64,000 nt of DNA, taken from assembly GCA_030704615.1 (NCBI GenBank), contig CM060732.1, positions 38,316,001-38,380,000 of the forward strand, written 5' to 3'. A program made the translations under genes and the position numbers. This stretch comes from Takakia lepidozioides. Lineage: Eukaryota; Plantae; Bryophyta. Positions 50,185-64,000 of the stretch are shown piece after piece. The notes beneath the pieces were generated by a model. It was not told where the DNA came from, did no database searches, and saw only the letters and a list, made by a program, of their open reading frames with translations. Within the stretch, counting starts at the first letter, position 1. Each line of letters opens with the position of its first letter.

Positions 50185-50787
50185 TCAGGCACTGGTAAAC
50201 TTGGTGACTGCCTTCGTCCCCTCTGACACGGCATGCTTGGCGAGCTCTCCAGGTAAAATTAACCGCACCGCAGTCTGGATCTCCCTTGACGTGATCGTCG
50301 GCTTCTTGTTGTACCGAGCAAGCCGAGCTGCTTCCTGTGCAAGCTTTTCGAAGATATCGTTGATGAAGGAGTTCATAATGCCCATTGCCTTCGAAGAGAT
50401 TCCAGTATCAGGGTGCACCTATCGGAACCACACCAAACAGAGTCAGACCACAACGACTTGAGACAGCAGATAATGAAAATTCCAGACATGGGTATGAACA
50501 CAGCCCGCGCCCTACCGCAGAAATGAGATACAACCAGAACCCCTCCAGACACAGCCGGGCAAACCAAACCCTAGTCACGACAAATGTGACAAACACTTGG
50601 ATTCGATCGAATCTACCTGCTTCAACACTTTGTAGATGTAGATCTTGTAGGTCTCCGTCGACTTCTTCGCCTTCTTCTTCTTTCCGCCATCCTTGACAGG
50701 CTTCTTCTCAGCCTTGGTCTTCACCGGCTTCTTCTCAGCCTTCGACTTCCCTGCCTTCTGCTCACCATCACCCTTGGGAGGGGCCAT
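50185..50787 (-). CDS. H2B: Histone H2B (exons 50787-50617 and 50418-50185; 134 aa)
   Basis: Canonical plant core [34 protein letters not shown]; intron at the same position as its neighbour. Confidence 0.97.
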
Positions 50788-51704
50788 GGAGTCAAACACT
50801 CCGATCACTCCACAGCACGAGCCACCCAAGAAAGCAAAGAGCCCAACAACAAGGCTCCCGCAGCAACCTACACGAAATCAGTACACCGCCCCAGGTGATC
50901 GACAACCTCACAATGCAAGAGATGGTGACGGGTGATGAGAGAGCGCAGACGAGAACGAGAACTTGAGCACGACTTGAGCACGACTACCCGCGCAACGACT
51001 AAGGCTTAAAAGGAGAGCCGATCTTACGCACCAATCCCAGCGCTCCTCACTCTTCACGCGGATCGAATGCGAATAACGCATCCTGTCCTTCCGTCTCCGA
51101 AATCCAACCGTTTAACCTAATTTCACCCGCACAATTTGCCAGATAGTGCACTGGTAGGCCACGGGATCCCACACCCCGCCGTCCCGTGCTCAAACTCGCT
51201 TGCGGACATTTTCTATGCAGTGGTAGGCAATTCGGAATATAGATAAATCATTTACGTGAAGTGTAAAGGATATTGTCGAGGTGGACATAGACGCACGCGT
51301 CATCATGAGAACTGAGGACCTCGGGCGTGCGACACCTCGGTCGGTTACTATGTATACCGTAGTTACTAGTGGTCGAACTGGTAATGAGTAGCCGGTAACT
51401 TAAAGTGAAAGATGAAGTTGGTGAGTGGGAGTCGCATGCACTCCCGTCTCGTTCCATCTGTCACTCTTCTCCTGTCACTTGCCTTCACACAATTTGCCTT
51501 CACAAATTGTGTGAAGTTTGTGTTAAGTAGATCGTTCGGTGGATTTAATTGCTTTTACGCTCGCTCTGATCGCTCTTTCTTTCTTCCTCGCTCTGCCATT
51601 TCCTGTATTCCGTCTCGATTGCTTATGCTCCTCACACAGGCGCAATTCTGTGGATCTTGATTCTTTTCCGGTCCCGCTGAGAGAATTGGTTCATTGGAAT
51701 CAGA

Positions 51705-53897
51705 ATGGGGGCGACAGAAGCGGTAGGAGAGGGGGAGGGAGTGGTGGAGGTGATGAGGGAGCTGGTGGTTGATGTAATCAATGCCTGCCGTGATGGAGAC
51801 AAGCACTCCCGTATGGAGAGAGCACAAGTCGCTGTTCAATCCAAGGGCCCGCGCCTGAAGAAGGCCGTGCGGCTGACCGCTACCGATGTTGTGCATTGGA
51901 TGCATGATGGTGGAGCTTGGCGTGCCTTCCTTGTTACTGCTGTAAGCATTTCTCTTCCCCTTGGTTGTAATCCAGGCTCCCGTAATCATGAACAATGCTC
52001 TTTGCGGTGTAGCGATATCTAGGATTGTATTCCTTTCACTGGTGTACATCGTCTCTCTTTATTGCGAGTTCTGTTCTCTATCTCATCTCTTCAGTTCATA
52101 GCAATTTTTATGGATTCTGTATGAGTTTCGGATCGCTGTAAAAATAGTACATTTGTTTCATTTACTCCTCTGGCATGCCTCTTATGAGTCTGTTCCTCGC
52201 CACATGTGTGTCTGTACTTCTGTCTCGTCCCTCTGTCTATTGAACCCCACGGAGGTTGCCATGAGACCAATTGGATTCTCTTCAAGGAGAAGTGGATATG
52301 CGATGATGTTTGCCTGAGAAACTTTGTGCTTTTGCTGTAGATGAATAAATCAGGTTCTGAAAAATGTTTGCAGAGTTACTTCAAGATGTAGGCATAATTG
52401 ACGTGGGACGCAAGAATACCCTTTGATAGCCAGATGAGAAGGATTGTCTGATTCTCCTCTTTGGCATGGCTCTTTGTGAAGCATTTTTATCTGCACATGT
52501 GTGTTCGTGGTTCTGTCTTATCTCCGGGTATTGGACAATTTGATTATCTTGGAGTAAAAGTACATATCAATAGTGCTTGCCTGAGAAATTTTGTGCTTTT
52601 AACCAAGCAGGTTCTCTGTCAAAGGGTTACTTCTATGGTGTGGTTGTCAGACTGACATCAAACAATTTGGCAACAAACTCATAAGAAATCTGAATCAGAA
52701 GGATAGGGTTGTGCCAATTGTAGGTCATTCATACAACTTAAGTGATCTCAACCAGGAATGTTTAAAGGGAAAGACACAGGATCTCTTCTAATCTGCAAGG
52801 ACCATTGCATGACTTTCAACTTTCAAGTTGGCAAAGTGTTTGATGTATTTGCTTATGTGATGGTATGTGTCTTGGGAAACTGCAGGTAGGGATAATTTCG
52901 CTCATCGCGCTGACAGGGCTCACTGCATTCACTGTGTTTCTTATAGTGGCCACCATCAATGCAGTGGTTGTTGGTTTGTTGATGTCGATGTCAGCTGTTG
53001 GCGCATTCATGGCATTCTTCTTCACATCTCTCACGTTTATCTTCATTGGAGCTGTAACTGTCACAGCATGTGCTGTTGGAGTAATTACATTCATGAGCAT
53101 ATGTGCAGTGCTCTTTACTGCAGGTTTGCATTCTTCCATTGTCACTCTTGACTCTTGCATGGAAGGAAAGGGCGGGCATTTGTCTCTATTAGAGTGCAGC
53201 AGTATGATAGTGATAGTTTCAGATTTACAATTTTCAGAGATGTACCTGACTGTACTAGAGTGCAGCAGTGTGACAGTTTCAGATTTACAATCTTCAGAGA
53301 TGTACCGAGTAATTTTGTTGATGTGAGCACTCTAGCCTTCTAAAGAGGTTAGAGAAGATTGCAATGAAGACACATTGACTCTCTCCTATAAATGTTAGCT
53401 GCAGTGCTCCTTCGTTGCTGCCTTGGAAGAGCCTTAAATAGCCATAGAGAGCTTATGCACAGCCACTGACATTGGATAGTGAGGTGCTGACTGTTTCTGA
53501 TTCGAAAGCATGATGTGAAAACTTAGCACTGCTAGAGTAAACCCTTTATATCCCACACTATTGATGCCTATGGCTATGGTTGCACCAGTCCCACTGGGGT
53601 TAATGGGGAGGCTTTTGTGATTAGAGTTGAGAGGCTATATGCAACACTCTCAAGGAGAAAGGAAAGGTTTGGTTCTTTTGGATGGAAGCCTATTAGTTCC
53701 CAAGAGCTTTGTCATTGATCTGTGACTGCATGTCTCTTGCAGGTTGGATTGCATTTGCTTGGGTGGTTTGGCAAGGGATCCGCAAAGTCTATCACTTTGT
53801 GCGGGGGTCCATAGCCATGACTGGCTCTGCCCTTTCAACCGTCTCAGCGGCTGGAAACAGTCAAATCATCTCCTTTGAAAAACCGCACAAGTATTAA
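51705..53897 (+). CDS. LDIP: LDAP-interacting protein / promethin (LDAF1)-like lipid-droplet membrane protein (exons 51705-51941, 52886-53123, 53743-53897)
   Basis: Three exons join in frame with GT-AG sites; long hydrophobic stretch ATINAVVVGLLMSMSAVGAFMAFFF..GWIAFAWVVWQG..TGSALS resembles plant LDIP. Confidence 0.8.
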
Positions 53898-54454
53898 GAT
53901 CTGTTCACTTCTCTGTCCTGAATGCAAATTTGTAGAAGAATTTAACAAAAGAGGGCCTTTAAAACCATACGACCTTTGTCACATCAGATCCAGGATTAGA
54001 TGTGTTTACTATTACAAAATCACAGTAAATAGATCAAGGTATCTAGCAAGGCTGAAGCCAATCCTCATCAGAAAGTCTGAAGGCTCACTTGGTAAGCCGT
54101 GCCATGTACAGGGTATTTAGTCACTTGCTACCATGTACAAGGTATTTAGTCACTTCTAGCAAGTCATGGTACGAATAGCTCACTAACAGTGAACAGGCTT
54201 CTTGGTTAATACATGTACTTCTTTGAGGTTATCAATGGGTGTGGTTCTATGTTGGTGGCATCCATATCCAAGCAACGAGTACACATTTTTTTGACGTGGA
54301 TTAAGTGACATGGCCGAAGAATTGCAAGAAACTGTTCAGAAAATGCTTTTTTCTGTGGCATGCAAGGGTGTGGGTTATTTGAATGGAAGTATGGAGCAGG
54401 GGAAGTGAAAACACTGCCAAGGGGCAGTCCAACAATAAATTTACTTCATGTTGA

Positions 54455-57400
54455 CTACAATTGTTTATATTGTACATGCCAAGCGAGTAGCTCCCTTCTT
54501 GTTTGCTCAAGTAGATCTCTTCCTGTTGCTTGGTCATCCTTCAATTGTGGTGATGATGAAGATATCTCTTTGCCCACAGCCATTAAATCTACCACACATG
54601 ATTCCACCATCTCCTCAAATAGCATCTCACCTACTTCACAACCTACCTTCCCAATCTCTCCTCCACAATTCAGCCATTCCTGGCCCTTCCGAGCCAAGTC
54701 CTTCTTGAGGATCGAGTACAGAGCATTGTAGTCATCTGATTGAGGGTAGCAAAACTCTTGCAACTCATCCCAGACCTCTTGGACTAGCTGCTGGCCTACA
54801 GGCCTTTCTCGAAGGATGGGCAAGCTCCATGGCTGTGGGTTGTCATATTCGTACAGCTTTTTGGCCAGAATGTCACTGACACTATCAAGCAATGCACGCT
54901 TGTGAAGGTCGTAACTTCTTTCTGTCTCCGCACTCTTTATCTGCTGTCTATTTGCAGTCATGCTGGACTCCTGCAACTGGAATCGTTTCACCAAATCAGT
55001 GAGGAACTCAGGATTAATGGCATTCTCGGACTGAGTCCACTCCTTGTTGCAAACGCTGGCCTGCTGTGTGAACCCTGATGTGACCACAATTTCTGGCACG
55101 GAGGCCAACTCCTCATCGCTGATTTGGAGGGAAATTCCTAAGGCATCTGTGTCTGTGTCTACACCACTGATGAATGGGACTTGCACTTCAAGTGTAGGAT
55201 TGTGCAGGTGTGACTCTTGGTGGTCGAGATTGAGTACACGTGCAACTTTGCTCCATAAGGGATCATCATTTTCTTGCAAACCTTCCGAAGCATCAGGTGT
55301 GGTTGCTTGTATCTCAAGTCCACCTAGGGTGCAAGCCCTCTCAGTGTCTGTTAAATGCAAGCCTGCACCAATGGAGATCAGTTCACTTAGTGTGCTCTTT
55401 GGACAGGATGAGAACTAGATGGCAAGTCTATTGAGCAAGTCAACTATGGCATATTTCTATGGTGCACAAGTTTCAAAAGGCACACACTTGATGGCTATCC
55501 AGTTACAGAAACTGCATGTCAATTTCAAGGTTGGATTTGATAATAACAGAATTGCCATTGCAGCCCTGTTCCTGAACAAAGATGTGATACCCGGTATGTG
55601 ATATGCCAATCCACTGTGGCCCGTGGGCCCGAGAGAGAATGTTAAGACGTGTTTTGCCGTAGCCTTGTGGCCCTTAGACCCCATGCCCAGTTTGGGCAGA
55701 TCCGGGTCTGAGAGAAAGCGAATGTACTCATAAGACGTTGTTTGCCATAGCCTTGTGGCCTTTGACTCTGCGCTCAGTTTGAGCAGAACACAAAGGGACA
55801 GAAACTACCTTTGTCAGGGGCTGATGCTGGTAGTATGACTTACCTTGGAACAGACTATTAATCCGAGGTCTCCAGATATCCTCTAGAAATTCCTTCACAC
55901 AAGCATCAATCTGCTGTGTGCTGTTTGCCCAATAACTAGGCCCCAAAAGGGCCTGGCTTTTGGCTCAGCTTCAAGACTTTCAATCAAAGTTGGTAAACAA
56001 CAATTCCCTTGATGGATTGAAGAGGGCGTCTCTCTCATGAGAGTACCCGGGACAATGAATCAGAAAATGAATATTGTCTTCAGGTTGCCCACACAACGGG
56101 CAATTGCAATCCCTCTTCTGTTTGCAGTTCAAAGGTAGGCTTCCCGCCATGAGTTTTAAATTTCAGTCTAGTGCCGAGGGTGGGTAAACCCTTGAGGTCA
56201 TCCATGATGGCCTCTCCCATGTCACAGACTGGAAACAAGTTCAGGGAAGTTTTCTGCCTAACTTCATTTTCATCAGACAATTTCCTGGCAACAGACATGG
56301 CTTTGGACACTACAGCCTCTGAGTCAGATTTATCCAGCAGGGGCAAGACTTGCGGGCTTAGATTCAGATCCTTGAGAATCTCTTCTACTCTCTTCCGCCA
56401 GGACTTAGCCTATTTGACAGCGCGACCCTGCTCCCAAGATATAGCGTCGATTAACTTGGGATATCTGATATTAGACATATGTTGCAGCTGACCCCACCAT
56501 CTGACCTTCAATTCATCTCGTGGGGAGCTTAAGGAAGGGATGCCAAACTCACCCTGAACAGCCACGTTGGCTGTTTTGGAGTATGCTGACATGCACTCCT
56601 TAAGCACCCCCACTTGAATGGATTCTAGCGACTTAGCCTTGTTGGAGTTATCAACCCATACTGCAGATGCGTACTCCAAGGCAGGCCTAATAACCCGGCA
56701 AAGCATAGTTTTTTTACTTCAGAGTTGATCCGTCTGCAGTGGAAAAATTTAGTGAGACACAGCGCTTTGTGCTTGCCAGATTGAACGACTTTTTGAATAT
56801 GTGTATCCCAATTACACTTCGAGGAAAACTCAACGCCAAGGTATGTGTAGGAAGGGAGGACCAGAATCTCTTGGCTTCCCCACTGCCACTTGAGATCACC
56901 TCCTCCCTCCCCTCAGTCGTGGAATGCCACCACTGCACGGAGAGCCTCTTGCAAGGCTGGACATACTCAGCCTTGACCTCTTCATTTTGGAACTTTTCTA
57001 TGCGCCAGTCCCGAATCGAACGTTTCACAGATCTCTTGGTGTTGGGGAAACACCTTTTGATCTCAGTCCAAACCAGGAAGTGGTCAGAGGTACTGATATC
57101 AGTTCTGTCGATCAACACATTGGCACACCGGGGAAACAAATTCTTGTCCACTATAATATAATCCACAATGGATCGTTCCCCAGTTTGGGCTTTCTCATGA
57201 GTCCACTGCACTTGGTCTTCTTTTGACCTATTATTCAAGGTCAAAAGCTAAAGTTCTTCCAGACAGTTTATTAACCGTCTTCCATTAGAATTCAGTTCGT
57301 CCTCACCAAAAGGCCCAGTGGTATCATCCTGGTGAGGAGAGAAAGAGAGAATGGAAGGAAGGAAGAATATAGTGGCAGGTGTATCATCCTGGTGAGGAGA

Positions 57401-60400
57401 GGAAGAGAGCATGGGAGGAAGGAAGAATATAGTGGCAGGGAAAGAGTAAAAAATGGAGGGATAAGGAGAGGGTGCCTGATGCAACCTCTTCTTCTAAGGG
57501 GTTTCATTAACTCGGGAGTCTGCTTTGAGACGTCTGAGCGAAAGGCTGTTGTTCAGTAAAAAGCTGAGGGAGAGGTCAAAGTATAGCAAAGGTCACTAAC
57601 AATGTTGGAATCAGGGGAAAGTGGTCATTGGTAAGTTCCTGCGTGTTAGGGTGCTTGACCAACATTGCTCTCTGTCAGCCATGAAGTTGGATGAAATGCA
57701 GAAAGTCTGGTGAAAAGTACACAAGGATACTTCCATTTGGAGAGAGGGAGAGAGAGATGATATAAATGCCCACAAGACAACAGAATCACAGCCAGGGACC
57801 CGATCCTGACCTTCACAGCTCATCGCAATGCTCTTCTCCACCTCCTGAGTTGGAGTGAATTCATCTGCTAGGAAAGGGGTATTGTCGAGCACAGACACAG
57901 GGCTAGGATGCTCGTCACCTTCAGCAATTGTTTGACTCTCACTCTCATTGCAGAACTCAGGTCTCGTTACAGAGACTCCTCGTGGGGTTGACAACTCTGT
58001 GCCATCAACTTCAGCTGCAGCCACCTGCACCTTCACACCGATTTCTGACCTGCTCAGGATGAGGAAAGTAACGTGAAACAATTTCCATAAAGGAATTACT
58101 CTCTAGGCTGCCTTGCCTGGCAAATACTTTGCAAAATCTGCAGCTAAGGAAAAAGTGAAACACCTACCCCTTGGGGATCTACTTACGTCTGCTCCTTGGA
58201 TCCCCCCAGTTGAGGGAATTGGAAGGCTGGTGGACAGATCATCTCTGGTCAAAGCCTTATGGCTGCTATCATTGCTGCAGTTCACCACCTCGTGCTCTGA
58301 GACTTGCACAGAAGATTCTAGCATCATCACAATCAGTGGCTCTCGCTTTTGTTCAACAAGCTGAGATGCTTTTCCTGCAAGGGCACTGTCATCCATTGAT
58401 CTGGGACTGTCCCACAGTGTAACAGGTGGAGCAAGGGCTATCATAGGAGCAACAACTGGTGCATACATATCCACAGGCGCTCCTGACTCCGTAGCTAAGT
58501 CTTTACTTTGTGTCCTATCCAACTGGCCATAGGAATCCGCTCTATGTGGAGAAACCTCACTACTCTCAGAGCTCATTATTCTGGTAGCAGAAACCCCTGT
58601 TTGCACATCCACTGTTGGCAACGTTCTGGATTTCTCCAATGAGCGCTTTGCCCTGCTTGATGCCCTCTTAGTTGGAAGAACAGCAACCTCCGCAGTAATC
58701 CGTCCACCCCGTGACCTGCTGGAGGAAGGCTGCACTAAGACATGCCTCTCACTGTATGTCACATGAAGCCTTCGATCCGATCTGCTACGGCCTAGAACCC
58801 TAGATGTGGCTTGCTCATTGCTTGCCCTTTCCTTTGGTAACCCACCACTAGACTGGGACTGCACTGTTACTCGCGTGGCTTTCGTCTCTTCCCTGTCCTT
58901 CAAAGTGGAACGTGCAGGCTTCTCTCGAGCCCATGAGCCCTCATCCATACGGCCGCTCCCACTACCAAATGTGCTTCTACCAGAGGACCCTGACTTTGAC
59001 AAACTTATATCCCTGGCCATGGACCACTGCTGTTTCGGCAGTGGGGGTGAGACAGACCTTGCAGTCCTTCGGATAAACTCCAAAGGGCGAACTTCTCCAG
59101 CCTCAGAAGCTGCTTTTTGTGCTGCAATGCGTTCCTGTCGTGAGAGTCTCACTGTCGCTGCTGGCCCCAAGCTGTATTGATCGAGTGAATCTTGTGATAG
59201 GGACCTCCTACTGTTACCAGGTCTTCTTGTTGTGCTCTTACTACTAGCCCTGCCAGTCAAGAGGGACTCCATGTCAACACTGGCTGACAATAACATCATG
59301 GATTCGACAATGGAACTGATATAGAAACAAAAGAATTCCAAACTGATGGCGACTTGTCCCAGTTAACTGCTCAACGTCCTCCTTTCCCCACTAGAATCTA
59401 ACACAAGGTAGTAATGCCCTACCAGCAAGCACATGAGCCTGATTGAGTTTCCTGCCATTCAAATGCATCACTCTCTTGCTGTAAACCAGGGTGGCAGATG
59501 TCAGCTATCCACTACGCAAGGGGCTCTCAGCCAGCATGATACATATAATACCCACAAGAACCACAAGTGATGCAGAAAATAGAAATGATATCAGCAATCC
59601 ATCTGCATTTCCTAGATAGATGTATTGACCTAGAGTACACAGTGAAAAGTCTGAATATCGACCAAAAAGGCAGAGGAATACCAGTTGCTGCTGCCATTCA
59701 GTTTCTCCCTATCAGCTGGGCCCATGGAGCTGCTGGATAGCCGACTTGGAATACTCTCCAATTCTTTAGTTCGTAGGGATGGGACATGGTCTGAGGCTGG
59801 TAGCTTCGTAGCGAGTTTTAAATTGACAGGCTTCATCACCACAATTGAAACCTCGCCGGTGTTCATACTTCCTGGATTGATTATCTGCAATTGACTCTTT
59901 AACAGATTTGTCTTGCTCAATTTAACTTGAGGATGGTGCTCATTCTGCATCTTGCTTTCCCTTTTGGTAAGTTCCTGAGAAGTTCTGAGCTTCACACTGT
60001 CCAGGTAATCCAGGCCCATTTGGCCCTGCATGACAGATGGGGCCACAGCGGAAGAGGGCAACTCCTTAGTTTCTTGAAGAGTGGCAGCAATATTCCCACT
60101 GCCAGTTCTGTTCTGGAAACATTCCGTTGGTGTCATCGAGCTGCTTGTGCTGGGGAGGGTGTAACAGGCCCTTGAGATGCATGGCCTCAAGGATCTGTTT
60201 AAGTGTTTTACGTTCATGGATGGAGTTCTGGATGTGGAGTTGCTGTAGGCGCTTGTCCACATTGCCATATAACAAACCTTCCCCAGAGGGATGCCTCTTG
60301 TCTGGATTCTTCATTGCAGGGGGCATCCCTTCCATCAGGTGATGCTTTGGGGATGTAGGCCGCTTTTGATGTGGTCCATTGTATACCTTCTTCTGCCATG

Positions 60401-62595
60401 TGGCAGGGTACTCAGATGGCCTTGAGTGCAGAACCCCCGTCTGTCCAGAAGTAGGTGAAGAATTAGACCTCAACTCTGACTGCAAGTCTTTCTCAATTCC
60501 TACAGAAACTTGCTTACTGCCCTGCAATACCTCACCCCATTGATGCTGCAATTGATAGTGATCCGAGGCTGGTGAGGAAGCTTCTGGAGGTGCAGAATTT
60601 AACAATTTATGCAGTGATGTCCCCTCTCTAGAAGAGATCCTTTCTGTTGGCAAGGGAGGGACAAAATCAGCGCTCGGCAGCTCCTGTAAACCCATCAGGC
60701 GGGCCACCACATTTGGGGCCCGCCACCTGGTTTCACTTTCTCCAATACTGTCAATGGACTCATCTCTGGTGAGAAGAGGAAGTGGCCCATTGATTGACTC
60801 ATCAGAAGAATCTTTCAAGGCATGAAGACTGCTGGCTTGTAATGAGTCTCTACCATTAATGGACAACGGCGGTGTACTTGATGGATGGGGTTCAACTATA
60901 CTGTCAAAAGAATGACTTGATGGCACGGATGTATGAAGCGGTTTTCGGCCATGAGCAGAATGTTCAGACCCATCCCTTTTCATTTCAAAAGATCTGGGTG
61001 AGTCTCTAGAGTCCATAGCCCTTACAGCCTCCCTGAAGTCAGGGACTGGTGAGCTCTCCACATATAGACCACCGTCTTTGGAGCTGGAGACCCTGGAAAA
61101 ATCGTTCCCAATGGCATAAACTTGCAGATCGTCCTTGGATGGAGAGATGCGGCAGCTCTCACTCAATGGCACAGCCAATCCAGCATACTCCTTGCCATCA
61201 TAAACATTTCTCTCGACCGATGACTTAGGCAACTCCCTACCATCTGCCAATGACTGGTCTTTCTCAGTACTATTCAAGTGGGGCAGATCATGCGATAACT
61301 GCACCCCTTTCTTCCCATTTGCAGATGTCTCTGTTGAGTCCTTCGATTGCCCCAGAGAGCATTTCTCTAGATTCAGTGAAGTTATTTTAGCATCCTTGCG
61401 GCTGCCCACAGGCACCCTCAACTTTTCCCTGTAAAATGATGCTTTCAAGATACCTCTGATGCTTCGTGATGGTGGCTTTGCCGGCTCTTTGATGGAGATC
61501 CTCCCATCGACAGAGGCCCTAGCTGGGACTGGTGCAGGTTTGGAAAGATCCTTTTGAACTGGACCACTAATTGACTTGTGGTGGCCTTCTTTGGCAGCTT
61601 TGGAGTGGCTGTCAGGTGATGCCTGGATTCCATCTTTGGAAGGCAAAGAGACGGGAGAACTTGGTCTAGTGTCAAGAGATATGTGGCCTTGTTTTGGCCT
61701 TTGGTCTACCAAAGGTTGAACTTCCTGTGAAGCCACCGACTTGGCCAATAGGACATCGCTGTTGTCTATAGATGCACGGCGTTTGTCTCTTAAAACCGCC
61801 ATATATCCTTTGCGCTGCTCAGCATTGTCCAGCGAACCCCTCCTCTGTACAGGCTCATCTTGAAACTGCGGCCATTAACTCAGCCATCAGTCATCCGTTA
61901 AATATCAAGACTACTCAGGATCTTCTCCTTGTCCCTCCCATACGCAGTTCAATTCCATCAAGATAGCGAGCGTGTAGTGTTGGTAATCGCACCTCTCAGG
62001 CTACATCAGGCACCTAAGACATTAGACCTCTTTCTTATCTGCCACATCTGACTGGGACATTCAAAGTTTACGAGTAGTCTAAGAAAAGGACACATTTTCC
62101 CTCTCCTCCTTCGCATAGGCATCCAGAACAAGCATCTGACTATTATCTGCAAACACTGAAAGAATACAGAAAGGAGTTTACCACGTAGTAGCCAGGAATG
62201 TGGCTGGAATCTTTGCTTGGCGCCTCTGATCAAACAAACACACAAACATCAAGAGTGGCCTCTATTGCATCCAGCAGTTCGCCTCTCGACTGGCATTTTA
62301 ACCTATCAATTATCCTGATTATGCAATGCTATATCCACCAAAGATTTGAGACAAGCGACTGCAGTTGGCCCACACAAGCTTGAGAGAGAGAAACATATAA
62401 AAAGTGACTAATAAATAAAGAGATCAAGAGCCCACCAATAGTCTTGATGCCTTTCTTGGAGCCATTCTTGCGGCCTGCGAGAGCCTTGTACCGGTCAAAC
62501 AACTGGAAGAGTCCTGTCATAGCACCTGGCGTCTCTCCTGTGGGGGGTGAGTTTTCAGGTGTTGAGTATCTGGCCCTAAGCCAGCTTGATAGCAC
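54455..62595 (-). CDS. TRM: LONGIFOLIA / TON1-recruiting motif (TRM) family protein, multi-exon; start not precisely defined
   Basis: GAMTGLFQLFDR; PNVVARLMGL; LKQILEAMHLKGLL; SIVVMKP; HPSPVSVLD; C-terminal DUF4378-like ILKKDL..EW..VGCEVGEMLFEEMV; apparent frameshift near 60110. Confidence 0.9.
55975..57330 (-). mobile_element. Internally deleted RTE/RTEX-like LINE fragment in a TRM intron
   Basis: Endonuclease GPFGEDELNSNGRRLI, RSIVDYIIV, SDHFLVW joined to post-RT IRPALEYASAVW..LESIQ..TANVAVQGEFG..RYPKLI; RT core absent. Confidence 0.8.
57321..57438. repeat. 60-bp tandem duplication at the 5' junction of the LINE fragment
   Basis: GTATCATCCTGGTGAGGAGAG..GGAAGGAAGAATATAGTGGCAGG occurs twice in tandem. 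Confidence 0.85.
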
Positions 62596-64000
62596 CTACA
62601 AGTGCTTGTCAAAGAAACACGGCCTCAAATCCTTCCCACATCCCAGAGGTACTGCTCTCTTGATTTTGAGACAACATATCACCAGGCTGCAAATCCGTCT
62701 GGGCCTGCGAGAGGAGCTTTACATTCAACCACTGTTAGCCTTGGGAGTTGACTGTTCATCACTATGCCAAACTACGTTATTTACAAACCAGTTATTGCAA
62801 AGATGTGTGGCTTGATAAGCCTAACAAAGCCACCAAAAGTTTCCGTTCCTTTCCCTCATTTCTTCAAAAGCAAACAATTGAAGGCCAAGTCTCGCTGCGG
62901 TTCTCACAGAGTGCATATTACACTCCTCCAACCACAGGGTGGTATGGCATTCCTATAGCGAATGAAAGTTTCCTAATTTAACCCCTTGGGAGGATTTCCG
63001 AACAATTCGTGTAAAGGTCTGTTAATGCTCAAACCATTATGACAATTCTTCCCCCCAGGATAATGCGGGGCTTTTTTTTTTGATGATTCCTGACATTTTT
63101 CAGATAATGAGCTTGATCATCACTATATAAGTATCCCCTGAGGACAAGACTTCACTCTGCTGTAGGATAAATTTTGGCAGAAGGCAAACAAGTTATCGGG
63201 GCATGGGAGAAGGTGTTTTCACTGGATTCCTCAAGACTAGCCAGGTGCACTAAGGTCGAAGGCAATTTCTCTGCTGGCTGTGAATAAAGAAGCCGTGTAT
63301 AATCCCAGCTTGCCTAATTGTTTCCAAAACAGGATGGACGTCCATGCTGGTTCGAATATGCTGGTCCCTTTACATGCATCTGATAGAGCTCCTATTTTGA
63401 TTTCCAAAGAGAGGTTGCGCCCAGGAGCTCCATATCAACGAATCTTTGATACGCTTTGCCAGCACATCTGATGCCAGCAATCAATCCTGGACTTCAATTG
63501 CGACATCCAAAGCTATGTTAAATTAGCCGCTGCTGAAGAAGTAACCACAGGCAACAGACATAGTGAAGAACAAGGATAGAGTACTTACAAGGAAAATTTA
63601 CTCGCGCCATTTACAACTCTCCAATGTCCCTACAATCCTAACTCATTTTCAATCTCGAGCTTCTGCGCCATTCGCGTCTGAAGCAGAAGAGTGTACTCAC
63701 GAGAATTCACCCACAATTCGGCTCCAAACTCGCTGCAATCCATCCTTATGTATGATCTCCAGCTCCGGATTATTCCCTGGTGTCTGAAGAAGGATAACGT
63801 CCTCTCGCTGTTTACGAGCACTCGAACGTCGCCGCAATCCTTCCTCATTCTCGATCTCCAACTCCTCTCCAGCTCCTGGATCCCTCGTGGTCAAAGGAAA
63901 CCGTCCCTCAACTGCAAATCTCTCTTGCGATTCGTAATCGCAAACGCTCCAACCTCCCTGCAATCCGTGGATCCGTGGATTCAGCTCCTGGATCCCATTA

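Overview
Eukaryotic nuclear DNA from a land plant, probably non-seed. This is inferred from the long PLS-class PPR gene, intron-containing H2B genes and the TE repertoire. Host genes are a PLS/E+ PPR gene with a decayed DYW tail, a 6-phosphogluconolactonase exon-1 relic, a secreted bulb-type lectin, two convergent histone H2B genes, LDIP/promethin and a LONGIFOLIA/TRM gene. About 33 kb (11.7-45.5 kb) is nested transposable elements. A decayed Helentron carries a piggyBac-type MITE and abuts a chromovirus. The chromovirus 3' LTR is split by a ~19.9-kb insertion with imperfect TIRs and a 9-bp TSD. That insertion has no recognisable transposase. It encodes a ParB-like/beta-class N6/N4 DNA-methyltransferase-fold gene and a divergent SWIM-finger gene, and carries arrays of a 22-bp palindrome in non-coding DNA. 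Inside that gene sits a Ty3/Gypsy element whose polyprotein has a DNMT3-like C5 cytosine methyltransferase between protease and RT and a PHD finger on the integrase. The main findings are these two unrelated methyltransferase-carrying elements, one inside the other, and an ~85-bp GNRA-hairpin element with TSDs seen twice. All domain calls are by eye from motifs; no searches were run.
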